Positions 1-11,519 of a stretch of 50,663 nucleotides of DNA are shown one piece after another. The notes under the pieces were generated by a model that saw only the letters and a program-made list of their open reading frames with translations, made no database searches and was not told where the DNA came from. The position numbers and the translations under genes are program-made. Positions within the stretch are counted from its first letter, which is position 1; each line of letters begins with the position of its first letter. Source of the stretch: Sarea resinae (Eukaryota); the NCBI GenBank assembly GCA_026026165.1, contig JAPEUD010000112.1:1-50663 (forward strand), given 5' to 3'.

Positions 1-126
1 TAACCCTAACCCTAACCCTAACCCTAACCCTAACCCTAACCCTAACCCTAACCCTAACCCTAACCCTAACCCTAACCCTAACCCTAACCCTAACCCTAAC
101 CCTAACCCTAACCCTAACCCTAACCC
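1..126 (+). repeat. Telomeric repeat (TAACCC)x21, left chromosome end
   Basis: Perfect CCCTAA/TTAGGG array from base 1 with an abrupt junction to unique sequence at 127. Confidence 0.99.
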
Positions 127-1153
127 ACTCGCCGAAAGGATGCTGAAAGACGTGGAGCTAGCTGCCCTCAGAGAAGACTATACTGGTCACTGTGGTGCCA
201 TCGGCCAGAACAGGCAACAGAGTCATAGGTGGATCGTCGAAGCCTTGGAGGGCCGAATGGCAGCTGGTGTCCTGTGCAGCCGATCAGATCAGGAGAGCCA
301 TAGGTGCATCGCAGCCAACTTACCAGGTTCCGTTGTAGATCGTGCGGGGTATGACGTGGTATGAGGACGAGAGAAGGTGTGCCAAGAAGAGAAAGGAATC
401 CGAAAGTGGGATGGCCGCTTCCCGACTAGCAAGCGGACAACGCCTCGAGTGAATGACACTCACTTGAGAATGGCACACGCGTCGTTCGACCGATGACACG
501 GGCCCAGCGCGGATCGGTTTCGCGCGTGTGGGGCGAATTCAGTCGAGATCGCGGTAACGGCTTTTCCGACGGTCGCGCTTCGGCCGACACGGGCTTGCTT
601 GGGGCGTACGCCTTCGGGCCGGTGAGAGCTGAGGGGATGGAATCCGCGGCGGAGGACAGAGGTGACAACTGCTGTGGCGGACCGAGGAGTGGCGACAAGG
701 TAAGAGTCGGCGTGTGAGTCAGACGTGAGCGATAGAGTACCGGGTCAATGGACGAAGTGAAGTCGGTGACGAGGAATCGGACGTGTGGCGAAAAGGCTCG
801 GTGGGACGGGGAGAGCGAAGAGGGCCATAGGAAGAAACGAATTTCGCATGAGAGGTAAGGTCAGACGCGTTGGGCTCGTCCACCTCGTAGTAGCGGGCGG
901 TCGGCATCCTTCGAGGAGAGCTGACGCATCGGTGCTGCGCTCCAGGGCCTGCTTAGTAATCTTTGAGATTGTAGAGTGGTGCATGGTTCACTCTCCGCTA
1001 GTTGCTCGAGTTGACGCGCCAGCTTTGTGCTTGCAGTATATTTCGCCTTCTAGAGTAGGGGGAATCTCCTTCTGATAGGTCGTAGGCGGTTGCGGCGTGA
1101 CATCGCTGCGGTGTCTAGTTCACAGCATCGACGCATTGATTACTAGCTAGGTA

Positions 1154-1202
1154 GGTGAGTGCGCTCGCGCGTTTCGCCTGCCCCTACTCACTACTATCAC
1201 CT
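1154..1202. repeat. Hairpin/terminus motif, copy 1 (related copy at 25482-25541)
   Basis: GGTGAGTG...CGCGT..TTCGCCT...CCTACTCACTACTATCACCT. GTGAGT and ACTCAC form inverted arms. Confidence 0.75.
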
Positions 1203-1448
1203 ATTATTAAGGTAAGTTGCAAATATAAGGGTAGTAGAACAGTATAGTTGTTAAGTGTAGAGCAACATACTAGAATTCCGGCCCGATCGCCGCACTAGAG
1301 TCAACGACAGGCGGAAGCTAAACTAAAAGGAGTAGATCTAGCAGTTACGCCGTACATTGTGGGTAGCATCAATCAGCGATTCTGCCCGAGTAATTGTTTA
1401 GGGTGTGCGCCAGCTATTTTGACTTGCAGACTGGTTGCTGCGACAGGA

Positions 1449-1920
1449 CAGGGGGTTGCAGAATATTAAGGTCGTCGCGGAGGCGCTAGTATAGGAACCC
1501 GCTATTCTACCCGGCCGATCATTTGTGTGTGGCATAGTATGCGCCCGCCATTTCGCTGCCAGGCCGGTCCTGCTTCTGTACAGGGGGGCTGCAGAATACT
1601 ATGCTGCACACAAAACGCTTTGCGGCAACCGATGGCATTTTACTACCTCGATACTGCAATACACTTGGCAGGTCTAGTACTTAGCTACGTATTCCAGTAC
1701 CTAAATCCCAGTGTGAAATACTCCGCAGACGTGCATCAACGCCGTATACGGTCGCGTTGTTAATTCCTCTGGCTGGGCTGTAGAGACGGATTTGAGCTTC
1801 GCTCCGACATAATTCCCAAGTAAATTGCCTGGGAATTGAATGCGTGATAGTATATTGACGACAGACAGCGGGTGACTTACCCTGGGTTTCTGCCGCTTCG
1901 CAGGGGGGTCGCAGGATACT
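1449..1920. repeat. Three dispersed copies of a ~20-bp motif CAGGGGG(G)YYGCAGRATAYT, probable transposon relic
   Basis: Copies at 1449-1467, 1581-1600 and 1901-1920, in TA-enriched non-coding sequence. Confidence 0.6.
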
Positions 1921-2326
1921 CCCGCGCACCCAAAATTTTGATGGGGTGGCCGGGGTCCGGAACGCGTTTTTTGTTAGCAGCGTAGTAAAATGCTGCGAAG
2001 ATTAATAGTTAGGATTCCGGATAGCTAAATCGATTAGTTAATTCGACTTCATTCTGAATGACTCCTTCTAATTGCCTGATTGCCGCCTTGATCTGCTGTC
2101 GCATGGATTGACTGCAACAGTGTGGCTTCGTGCTGTAATGACTGTCTAATTGACTAGTTAGTACTTATTTAGCTAATCCTATTTGCAGAAGATAAAGGCT
2201 TAGGGGGGCGCAATCACACCATCGCGATTTCACCGTTGATTTTTACTCAGAGTCACTTGCGTTACTAAAAATCAAACGCAAAGACAGTCTTTTCGAGGCC
2301 TGCAATACAGTTTATAATAATGGTAA

Positions 2327-4385
2327 TTACATCGGCTCATTAGAAATAACAATCTGAGCGCCTAGTAAACAGAACCACCATGCAATCTTACCACATATAG
2401 CCACTGTTCGCCAGTCCTTCAAGTCATCAATATTACCGCAGTCAAACTTGATCTCCTTAATAAAGGGCCTTCCTTCGTTTAAGCCAGAATGATAATGCAT
2501 ATAGCTAGGGTTGCTATATACTCTGCTTATCATTTGATCGAAACGCCACTGTCCTAAGACTTCTCTATGTTTCTCATAATAAATCAACATACCTAGACAA
2601 GGCCGATGACGTTGATTGCAATCAATGCAGATCTGAACACCAACAATACCCGTGAAGTCTACTTCAGAGTAATACCATTCTTCATTTGGCGTACCATAAG
2701 GAGTACGACTAAGGGCGTTCGGCCAGGCTGGGGTAAGATGGCGTTGAATGGTGCTGTTAGAGGAGCAGACAACGGCAAATCGGAACTGAAAATCCATTGT
2801 GGCAGATTTGATTCCTAAGTCATTGTAACATACAGCAATGACAGGTCCATCGGAAGTCTGAACTAGCGATTGAAACCGATATGCCGAACGATGCGAAGGC
2901 TCGATATAAGGGCCGAATATGTGATTTCTTCCATGTGTTGTATGAATCTGTTAGGTATTCAGCCTAGTCAATTCACTAACAGAGTGTACTATTCTTACCA
3001 TGACGACAGGTTGCCGGATATTAAGTGTTGTATCTCGTTCTCGAATCCATGCTCCTGAGATCTTTTCCCCAGCGTTTAGAGGAAAATAGTCCCATATCAA
3101 GCCATGTGCACATTGTGCCTCGTCTTCCGCGTAGAAAAGTCTAGTTGACTTTGTATCTGTAGTATGAGTATGGAGGCTCACGTGGCTACCCATGGCGCTA
3201 GAAACACTCAATCCTTCTACACCGGCCTCGAGGGGAAGATGTCGAATTTGTCGATAATTTTCTCCCTCGAATCCATCCAGAAGCCTATAAGAATTTTGGC
3301 TTTTTATAATAGGAGGCTCGAAGGTATCCCACAGAAGTTTTGTTTCAGCTCTAGACTCCTGCAAGATATCCTTGACAAACAGACCCTAGGATAAAGTCAA
3401 TTTTGGAAAGTATCAATAGGACGGAAAAATTTGGAATCTCCATGCCTTTGTGTTTATCGTAATCGTCTCGCAAGCCTCTGTGAGCAAAATCGTCTTGTAC
3501 CAAGCGTGCGAATTAGGCATAGGATCTTCCTCGAGGAAGCTCACGGCCATCACACCGATTTCATCCATAGCGACAATGATTTGACGCACTTCAGAGCCCT
3601 CGTGGATCAGATTTGACGAAGGAAACCGCTCGTTCGACAGCTTGCATAAATAACGCCCGCCTGCATATGAAACGTTTTCAAGGTAGATGGGATTACAGCA
3701 ATTCAGAGGAATGCAACTTTCCTCAGTAGAAGATCTAAGGGTCATTTGCTCCAACAAAGGCCGGGTTTCAGAGAGAGTCTCTATAACAGATTGGTAGCGA
3801 CAAGGCCACATGTAATCTGCAATATCGCGACGTACTTCGGATGGAAGGCTAAGTATACCACTTAGAAATTCTGCTTCTTCTAAAAGTTCATTTTTTGTAG
3901 CCAGCTCTAGCCTAATTCTGAAGGGTATCCCATTCATGAGATTACGCTGTAAAGCTGTCTTCTCTTCAATTTGAACGGCGATATCCGATATTGGAAAGGA
4001 CGGGAGAAGGGAGCGAGAGAGATTCCAGATTAAAGGCAGCTGCTGCCTATTCTTCTGGAGCAAGTTGTAACAATCGACATGAAAAGTAAAGGTCTCGTTT
4101 AAAGCTTCTTTGCAAAGGGCACATAGAGGTCGGCGACAAAGCACTATGTTTGTCTGGATTCTCGGATCCGTTTCTTGATGTATTTCAATCGCAGAAGTAG
4201 TGAATCCTGTTGGATATCGAAAGGCGTACGTGAATCCCTTGTATGACTCGTGACCGAAGACTACAGCGAGTATTAGTATTGAGTGAGAGACGCAGATCAT
4301 TGCTTATACCTGCAGCAACATTGTCATGATGATGAAATCGACAACGACAGAGTACACAGCTGTTACGCAAGAGAATGTGTTCCAT
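2327..4385 (-). CDS. Multi-exon fungal hypothetical protein with Cys-rich N-terminus and F-box-like motif
   Basis: ORFs 4185-4385, 3413-4300, 2951-3364 and 2327-2797 can be joined by short introns with branch sites. Has CxxC pairs and the F-box-like LSLPSEVRRDIADYMWP. Confidence 0.7.
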
Positions 4386-5156
4386 TATTTGAGGTGAAGC
4401 GCTGCTCTGTTCTTGTCATGGGGATAGTGCCGCGCTGACGGTGGAGATAGACGGCCGAAGTCAGCGGAATGGGCGAATTGCTTAGTCATATGGCTAAGCG
4501 AGATGCTAGGTGACACTTCCGAAGTGACATATCTCCCTGGCTGACAAGGCTGACTCGTACTGTCTACTCGGAGTACATAGTAGTACTGCTCCTGCGATCA
4601 ATGTCGGAATAAGCCGATCCATCATGATCATGTGACTTTCCAAATAGGAATTCGGTGGAATCCGGCGGAATTCAACATCCTCATAGGCCAAATCGAGGGG
4701 TAACCTGAGCGAGTTTTCTTACTCAACTATGGCCGAATTGCTGCCTGAATCAGGCATATATTCAGGCATCAATTGTTCTATATCTAGCTATATAAACACA
4801 CTCCTTTTGCTGCCGATTAGTAGGGTAGATAGTTCAATATATAAGCGAATATTTCAACAATCAATAGGAGGGTGTACTTCTGCTCCAAAATACTTACGGC
4901 AGCCCTGCTCGCCAGCCACGGAGATAATGAGAGGAGATAATGTGCGAGACATGTCTGGTTAGGGGCTATTTCTCAGCGAGCGGATTGCGCAGTCGGTAGT
5001 CTTCGGGGGCCGTATTCGCCATACCAACCGCAGCATGGATGGACCAGAGATGCATCGCCATCAACAATCATCCATCTTTGCCTCTTCTGCCGTCCGTCGC
5101 CATACACCGCGCCGACAGCTCACCCCGACATCTTGCACCGTGTGCGAAGGTGAGAG

Positions 5157-6722
5157 ATGCTCCGCGATGCGGTCCCTGCCCAGCTAGCAATCCCCACCAC
5201 GGCCTTTTCCGGAAACCCGAACCACTTTGTCAACATCAAACACCCCGGCTATCCCGACCGATACGGACAGAATATCCTGCTGAGCCTGTCGGCTTTTGAT
5301 CAGCAAGAGGGTGGGCTTCATTATGGGACGGCCATCGTGGCCTGCGGACTTGTCGTTGGCAATATCTGGGACGGGTACTTGACCCGAGAGCGCGACGGCG
5401 ATCCGATCCGGTTGGAACCCGATGATGTTCTCGCCCATGCGTCGTATTATTTCCATCTGCCTGCCTCAGCAGGAGAGGGCGATCGGTACCCGGTATATCC
5501 CTCCTTTCAACACTGGCCCTTTCCGCATGACCGCCTCCCGGAGCTCTGGAGGGCCAGAATGCCCGATCCGACGGGTGGGATCGTGCCATTCCTGCTGCCA
5601 TCGGCTTCCAGTCTCACCGCGGCAGTCATGCAGCGCGACCAGTGGCGCTGCAAATTGTCGGAGCAGAGGGACTATATCGAAACGGCACACCTTTGTCCGC
5701 GGAGCGAGAGCGTGTGGTTCAAAGAGAATGGGATGGGTCAATACAATCTCAACAAGGACCTCCCGAGCGATTACGTGATAGACGATGTCTCCAACGCGAT
5801 TGCTCTCCGGTCCGATATACACAGCGCGTTCGATGACCGGAAATTCGTCGTGGTTCCCAAGCATTCGGCATGGGCGGTTCACTTCTTGGAGCTCACCAGT
5901 GACCTCGGCGGATTCTATCACAACACCGGGGTCCGTTTGGACCCAAACGTTTCGATGAGATGTCTCTTGGCGAGATTTGCTTGGGCGATATTCCCGCTGC
6001 TACGAAATTTCCTCGAGGCAGGCGTGCCTCGAGCAGTGCGAGTGCGTGTTCTGGACAACGGCGAATACAAGGAGGTGGTGAAGACCATGGGTTCCGAGGA
6101 GATGACTGCATCAGGCATCTATCTCCGCGGTCGCAGCTCGAGTCCGAAGAAGAGGAAGCCGCCCACCCTGGATTCGAGTGATATTCGCACCACGCGGAAG
6201 CGCGGATATTCCGAGACCAGTCTGGATGGCGTTTTGTCTGAGGACTCTCCCAAACGTGCACGTCATCAGAGATCTAGTCCCGAAGTCGAGACCTTGGGCG
6301 AGCTCGCAGCCAGCACTCCAACGGAGCCGAGCACGGCCGAGATGCAGACGAAAGACCAAAGTCCCTATTCGCCAATCCCTCCTATCGACATTGCAGCGTC
6401 CACATCCTCAACCGCCGCGGCAGGACCTTTTGACCATGACAAGAACGTGCTACATGATTTCAACGACCTGTCCGAATTGAAAAGTGATTGGGTTCGGAAG
6501 AGGCGGCCGTCGGACCCTAGTCTGTATTGTTGTGACTACAACCATGCCGAGGCCGCCATCCGCGCCGGTCTTCCAGGGAAGCGGAAACATGGAGGAGGGC
6601 ACCTCTGCTTAGAATGCTTGGGATTTGAGTACCGCGACGATATCGATGATGTCGTCGAATCAGACGACGCTAGCAGCTTCCATGGACGGCTACACGCCGA
6701 TGGCCAGGATTCAGGTGGATGA
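5157..6722 (+). CDS. Fungal HNH endonuclease (HNH_2-type), 521 aa
   Basis: Intronless GC-rich ORF with RD..C.LS....ETAHLCP....W...N.M..Y ... NAIALRSDIHSAFD...F...P. Also an NLS-like PKKRK and a C-terminal CCDY..H...HLCLEC. Confidence 0.9.
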   Translation: MLRDAVPAQLAIPTTAFSGNPNHFVNIKHPGYPDRYGQNILLSLSAFDQQEGGLHYGTAIVACGLVVGNIWDGYLTRERDGDPIRLEPDDVLAHASYYFHLPASAGEGDRYPVYPSFQHWPFPHDRLPELWRARMPDPTGGIVPFLLPSASSLTAAVMQRDQWRCKLSEQRDYIETAHLCPRSESVWFKENGMGQYNLNKDLPSDYVIDDVSNAIALRSDIHSAFDDRKFVVVPKHSAWAVHFLELTSDLGGFYHNTGVRLDPNVSMRCLLARFAWAIFPLLRNFLEAGVPRAVRVRVLDNGEYKEVVKTMGSEEMTASGIYLRGRSSSPKKRKPPTLDSSDIRTTRKRGYSETSLDGVLSEDSPKRARHQRSSPEVETLGELAASTPTEPSTAEMQTKDQSPYSPIPPIDIAASTSSTAAAGPFDHDKNVLHDFNDLSELKSDWVRKRRPSDPSLYCCDYNHAEAAIRAGLPGKRKHGGGHLCLECLGFEYRDDIDDVVESDDASSFHGRLHADGQDSGG

Positions 6723-7079
6723 GCATGGCATCTATGTCAATCAGGTATCGGCAATGATTAAAATGTCCAAACGAGTCAGTCTTAGAGGCCTTATGGTACC
6801 CTCTTGGCGTTGTGAATTGATCGTTTCCTCGTCTGGCCCATCAGGCAACCCTGCCCAGAGAATGCCGTCAAACGATAAATGTTGCTGCCCAACTCCAGAC
6901 CCTTAGACCACGCGGTTGGAAAAGCTGGTCGCTCTATGCGCCTTTGTAGAGGACGGAAAAGCGAATCATCCGCGGTTTCAGTGCGCGACCACACGAGGCT
7001 GCTTTTCCGCCATCCGTCTCCGATAGACGTCAGTTACGTGATCGCGAAATCCTATCGACGATTACAACCGCGTGTTTAA

Positions 7080-8200
7080 GGTTAGACGTTTTTTTCGGGT
7101 TAGACAACTACACTTATCTTAAGATCTTAGGCGATAATATACTAAATTAAGATCTTCTATCCTCAATGCCAAATTCCCGACAACGTGGACGGGAATTAAT
7201 CGCCCATACAAAAATTAAGCGAATTTCGAACAACAGGGGGTGGACAGGAATTAGGACGGGATTTACCTTAGGGTTACGCATTCTATCAACGATCTAGAAA
7301 AGTAGAGCCTTTGACCTGCTAACAAAAGTTGTAGTATTTGATGCGACACATCGAACAGTGTCATTAGATTAATAGAATTCGACGAAATTGTGGTTTCGTT
7401 GAACCTTTTGCAACCCCAAGTTACCCTAGACCTAAATCTGACGCGAAGTAGAAGATCGCGTACAGTAGGTGGTATAGAACGCGAAGTAGGGAGAATAACT
7501 ATCAACAAGCAATACGAATCAAAGAACAGTGGTAATAGGGTCGTACGTTATGGATCTATACTACTATCTATCAGAATTTAGCTTACTAGTATGTAACATG
7601 AAACGTAACAGCTGTAAAGAAGCGTCAAAATCCGCATAGTATAAGACTAAGTTCTTAACAATTAATTACTAGGCTTAAGCAACAACGGGAGATTATAGTA
7701 CACTTGTCTGTCAATCTCTCTGACTAGTATTAAAGGTAGATCACTCTATATAGAACCTAACCTAAACTAAGGAGTGAAGAGATCTTGTAAGTAGACAGCA
7801 ACTGTATTTTGTAGAACCAATATAAGGATCAATTCTAGAGACATTATATTCCGAGAACTATACCGATATAGAAGGACTAGAGAAGGAATTTCGAAGCAAA
7901 ACGCAGAGCTTTTGCTACGTCGTAGCCAACCAGTCATACAATATGTCTACCTGTAGGAAACACCAGCAAATGCTCTCTTCCATCGATAGCAAATCAGCTA
8001 GAGGTAGATCGTATGACAACCAAGAAAAGTTACACCTTTTCCAATACAGGATCACGATTTCACTCCCCAATGCTTAACCGCATTGCAGCCTGCCAAAAAA
8101 ATCATTGCAAGCCGCGATTTCCCCGTCTTCGCGGTCGATCCGTGCCCGACCCGGCAACCCAAACGACTCCAAGCGGGAATCGGCGGTGGAATTGTGACGG
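7080..8200. mobile_element. Degenerate, RIP-like DNA transposon relic (possibly hAT)
   Basis: TA-rich, stop-riddled interior with a BED-finger-like remnant (LMRHIEQCH, + strand near 7340). Flanks are rich in CCCGAC/GACGGGA motifs, with an AATTCCCG..CGGGAATT hairpin near 7172-7197. Confidence 0.35.
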
Positions 8201-8965
8201 TGTGATCGCGGAGGGCCCAGGGTCTCTGATCCACCGCCCTAGCCATCCAGCAACCTCCTAAGCATCCTCCCATCGAGCCCGGAGCTACTGCGTACTAATG
8301 CTGTCGCTGGACGGCCGAATTCGTCTATCGATCGAATTCGACCCGCTTGAGGTCGTTACGGCGAAGTTTAATGAGCGGTTGAGCTATGAGTATTGCTTTG
8401 TTGAATAGTCATATGATTGGATTGAGACCCCTACACATATGTGGCTTCAACTTTCAATAAGAGAGATAACAATCTATGAGGCATCTAAGTATTTGAGACG
8501 AACTTGCATGCCGAATCATATCTCAACTGAAACAATAGCGTTTAAAGCTCAATATATTGAACCGGAGCCACAACTAATCTGCGATGGTACTTTGTGTTTC
8601 CTATTGACGGGTTTGGCTATCGAAGTTTGCTTTACAGGAGCTCTTACCACAGATGACCTCACATACGTTCTCAAAATCGTCTGCCTGAGATACAAAGGTC
8701 GGCAGCATGGCTTGACACAAGGACAGCTTTGCGGCGTCCAGAGACACTTTAGAACGAAGTCCGATCAAATCAACGAAGTTGTTGGCATACTACGATCTGC
8801 ATTTCAAATCATATCTTGTAAAATTTGCTACGAGTTCCAAAATACAGAGACGTCTGACAGCAAAACTTGTGCACGAAGTTATGATCAAAGGAACGTAAGA
8901 GGAGACACGCGGTCCCCAACACTGATTGAAGGGTTAAAGACAGTCTCAGGGAAAAAGCCATTCGC

Positions 8966-9966
8966 CTACCGTGGCTTCCACACATTCTGGGCTCGATGGA
9001 TCAGGCCAGGCCCTAGGTTCGTTTTGATCTCCTCCCAATCCTTTTTAAAAGTCACAATCTGTTCCCCATTCAGGTCTTGAAATACCAATAGCGGCCTGTC
9101 ATCATTTGGATAGCTTGCTTCTCGAGTCTCCACTTTCCTCGGCTTACCCGCCGAAGGGCCGCTCGATACAGACGCAGTGGAAGGAGCACCTTGTTGCGGA
9201 TTGTTCGTAGTCCGCCCTGAACTACATACACGTATAAGTAGGATATCAAATGAAGCGGTAGATAGGCCTTTACCTTGGGCCACTACTGCTATATGCATTG
9301 ACAGTGATATTGCTAGAACTTGCTTGGCTAGACCGAATTGTAAGTGACTTATAAAACTTGAAACTCGTATTCATACCTTGCTGTAGTGGTGCTCATTTGA
9401 CCAAGTTGTTGGTATTCTGAACCCCGCACCATTGTCGGTGGAAACGTCTTCATGTTGTTGAAGGCCTGCGTGATAAGACCTGCCTTGGCTAAATCGTTGG
9501 CGTCAACATACTCGCTACGTTGCCCTAGCCTGTTAGCACCAAAAAGAGGCTCAATGACTTTGCCCATATGGAAGTATTTCCAGAATCGTGCAGTTGTCCC
9601 GACAGCAGTCATCGCATAGATAATCGATATGTTGTTCCCCTGACAGTAAGTTTGGCAAGCCTCGATTGCCTGACTTTCAACAGTATCGATGTCGTCTTGA
9701 GGAGCGTTGTGTCTCTTGCATTCGACAAAGCAAAGGACTCGCGGCTGCATCTGCTCTTCGATATACTTGATGACGAGATCTACCCTTCTTAATCGATCCA
9801 CTGAAGGGTTCGCTGGTTGTTGAGGAGCGATATAGAAGTTCGGTGGCTGAAAGTATTGCTGAAGAATGTACGACCAGAATTCGATTGTGACATATTCCAA
9901 AGAACCTGGCTGTCGAGCAGAATGATAAAGCATTGTAGCTCCTGGGTGTGCTGCGATGATAGACAT
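8966..9966 (-). CDS. PD-(D/E)XK restriction-endonuclease-fold protein, 3 coding exons
   Basis: E..(helix)...RRVDLVIK...LCFVECKR...ESQAIEAC...IYAMTAVGTTARFW. Two GT-AG introns link to the 8966-9222 exon. Confidence 0.72.
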
Positions 9967-10619
9967 CTTAAGACTGTTAAATTTGGGCGTTGGATTGATT
10001 AGAATCACATAAATAGCTCACCAAACGTATACTTACAGGTGCTTTTAGATGAGAGCCCAAAATTTTAAACCAAGTGAAGCTATATCGTAGTATTTCAAAG
10101 TTTTGTAGTATGTAAAATGACGTTTTGCTTGGAGAGTTGGCTGGATGGTATTTACGATCTCAGGAGTTGCACGTTCGTGAAAAGGACCGGTTTCTTTCGC
10201 AAGAAGAGGTGCGGGGTTTGAGGAAATAGGCCTTATCTGTACCCCAAGGCAGGTTGTCGGATGTTAGTCTGTGACGTCTAATGCACCTGTGCAGATCTTG
10301 ACCTACAGCGTGAAATCCGAGCGAGGTGGCTTGATTATAGCAAACCTAGAGTCCAACCTACTTCATTTCGTATCCGAGCGCAGCCTCCTGCAGCCTCTTC
10401 CGCTTCTGGATCCTCAGTCGCTGTCGGGCCAGTAAACTCAAACGCGTCTTGTTCTTGCCACCCTAGTTGTAGATAGACTGTGCTGGCTGCGAAGCCCACC
10501 CTTTGTCTATAACTGCTGTTACGGTCATTCATCGCACGATCTTAGGCCTTAAGATCAGTCACTGTCCTTAGCCTCGACAAATTATGATGAAGCAACATCT
10601 ACTACATCCTGTTATATAG

Positions 10620-11000
10620 ATGGATTGTCGTGACAATTGCCGTGATAGTTCGGTTCTAATATAATCTACTTTACAACTATTACACCTTACTTTACATTCT
10701 AATTCTACATTCTAATTCTAGTCTTTCTAAAATGCCTTAAAGCTCTATATCTATTAGGGATTTTATAAATTAAGAATAAGGAGAGTAAAAGGTATTCTCT
10801 AAAAAGATAATAATACTATCTATACTATAATTGCTTTAGTGTTAACCCTTTATCTACTAGACTTCTAGCTATAGTAGAGTAGGCTATAGAGGCTATAACT
10901 AAGCTTAGCATTATCTAGTGCGTGTCTATCTCGAAATTCCTTTGCATTAGCTACGACAGTCGGCCGCACACTAGAGTAGGCTTACTAGGGGAATCTTATT
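10620..11000. other. AT/TpA-rich tract, probable RIP-mutated repeat
   Basis: Sharp drop in GC, excess TpA, scarce CpA/TpG, no ORFs. Confidence 0.5.
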
Positions 11001-11066
11001 TCCTATCATAGGTTAGACTTCGTTCAGTCTCTAGTGTTGTCATTGCTGGCCGTCCCTCCTACGCTC

Positions 11067-11519
11067 CTAGCCTCTCCTGCGCTTCTGGTCTCTCCTGCAC
11101 TTCTGGTCTCTCCTACGCTCCTCTCTATCTACTTCTGTACGCACCCATTCCAGTGGAGGATCTCGACCCTCAGTTGAAGTCCTTCCTACAGCCAGCGGGC
11201 TATGCCATGGTGCCTCTGTCCATGCAGAGAATCTTTCTAACTCTGATTTGCTGATAAGTCCATGTTCGGTAAGATAGCGAGCCGTGGAAAAATCCACTCG
11301 AATATGATTGAGATTTGTCCCCTTGCGATAATGCTCATCCTCATGCTGCATCTTCTTCATCCAGGTCGTTTGACCATCGTCGGTATCAAATGTGCAATCG
11401 CAGAAGGAGCAGATGCCGTGTTTTGGCGGACCGACTGACCCAAAGTGGGTAAGACTATGCTCGTGCCGTTTCTCAAAGCTTTCAAAGCTCTCTCTACAGC
11501 CCATAACCGGACAAAGCAT
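11067..11519 (-). CDS. C2H2-type zinc-finger protein (3' exon; 5' end uncertain)
   Basis: CPVMGC..F......HSLTH and CSFC..F.........HEDEH. Basic repeated tail RRRDQKCRRDQKRRRG. Confidence 0.65.
   Translation of the reverse strand: MLCPVMGCRESFESFEKRHEHSLTHFGSVGPPKHGICSFCDCTFDTDDGQTTWMKKMQHEDEHYRKGTNLNHIRVDFSTARYLTEHGLISKSELERFSAWTEAPWHSPLAVGRTSTEGRDPPLEWVRTEVDREERRRDQKCRRDQKRRRG

Noticed and set aside
140..1075. Short ORFs next to the telomere
   Set aside because: Overlapping 60-96 aa frames on both strands with no recognisable domain.
5184..6480. Many alternative-frame ORFs within the HNH gene (and similarly within the ABC transporter)
   Set aside because: Shadow ORFs expected in GC-rich coding DNA.
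8439..9080. 213-aa + strand ORF
   Set aside because: Overlaps the last exon of the nuclease gene antisense and has no recognisable motif.
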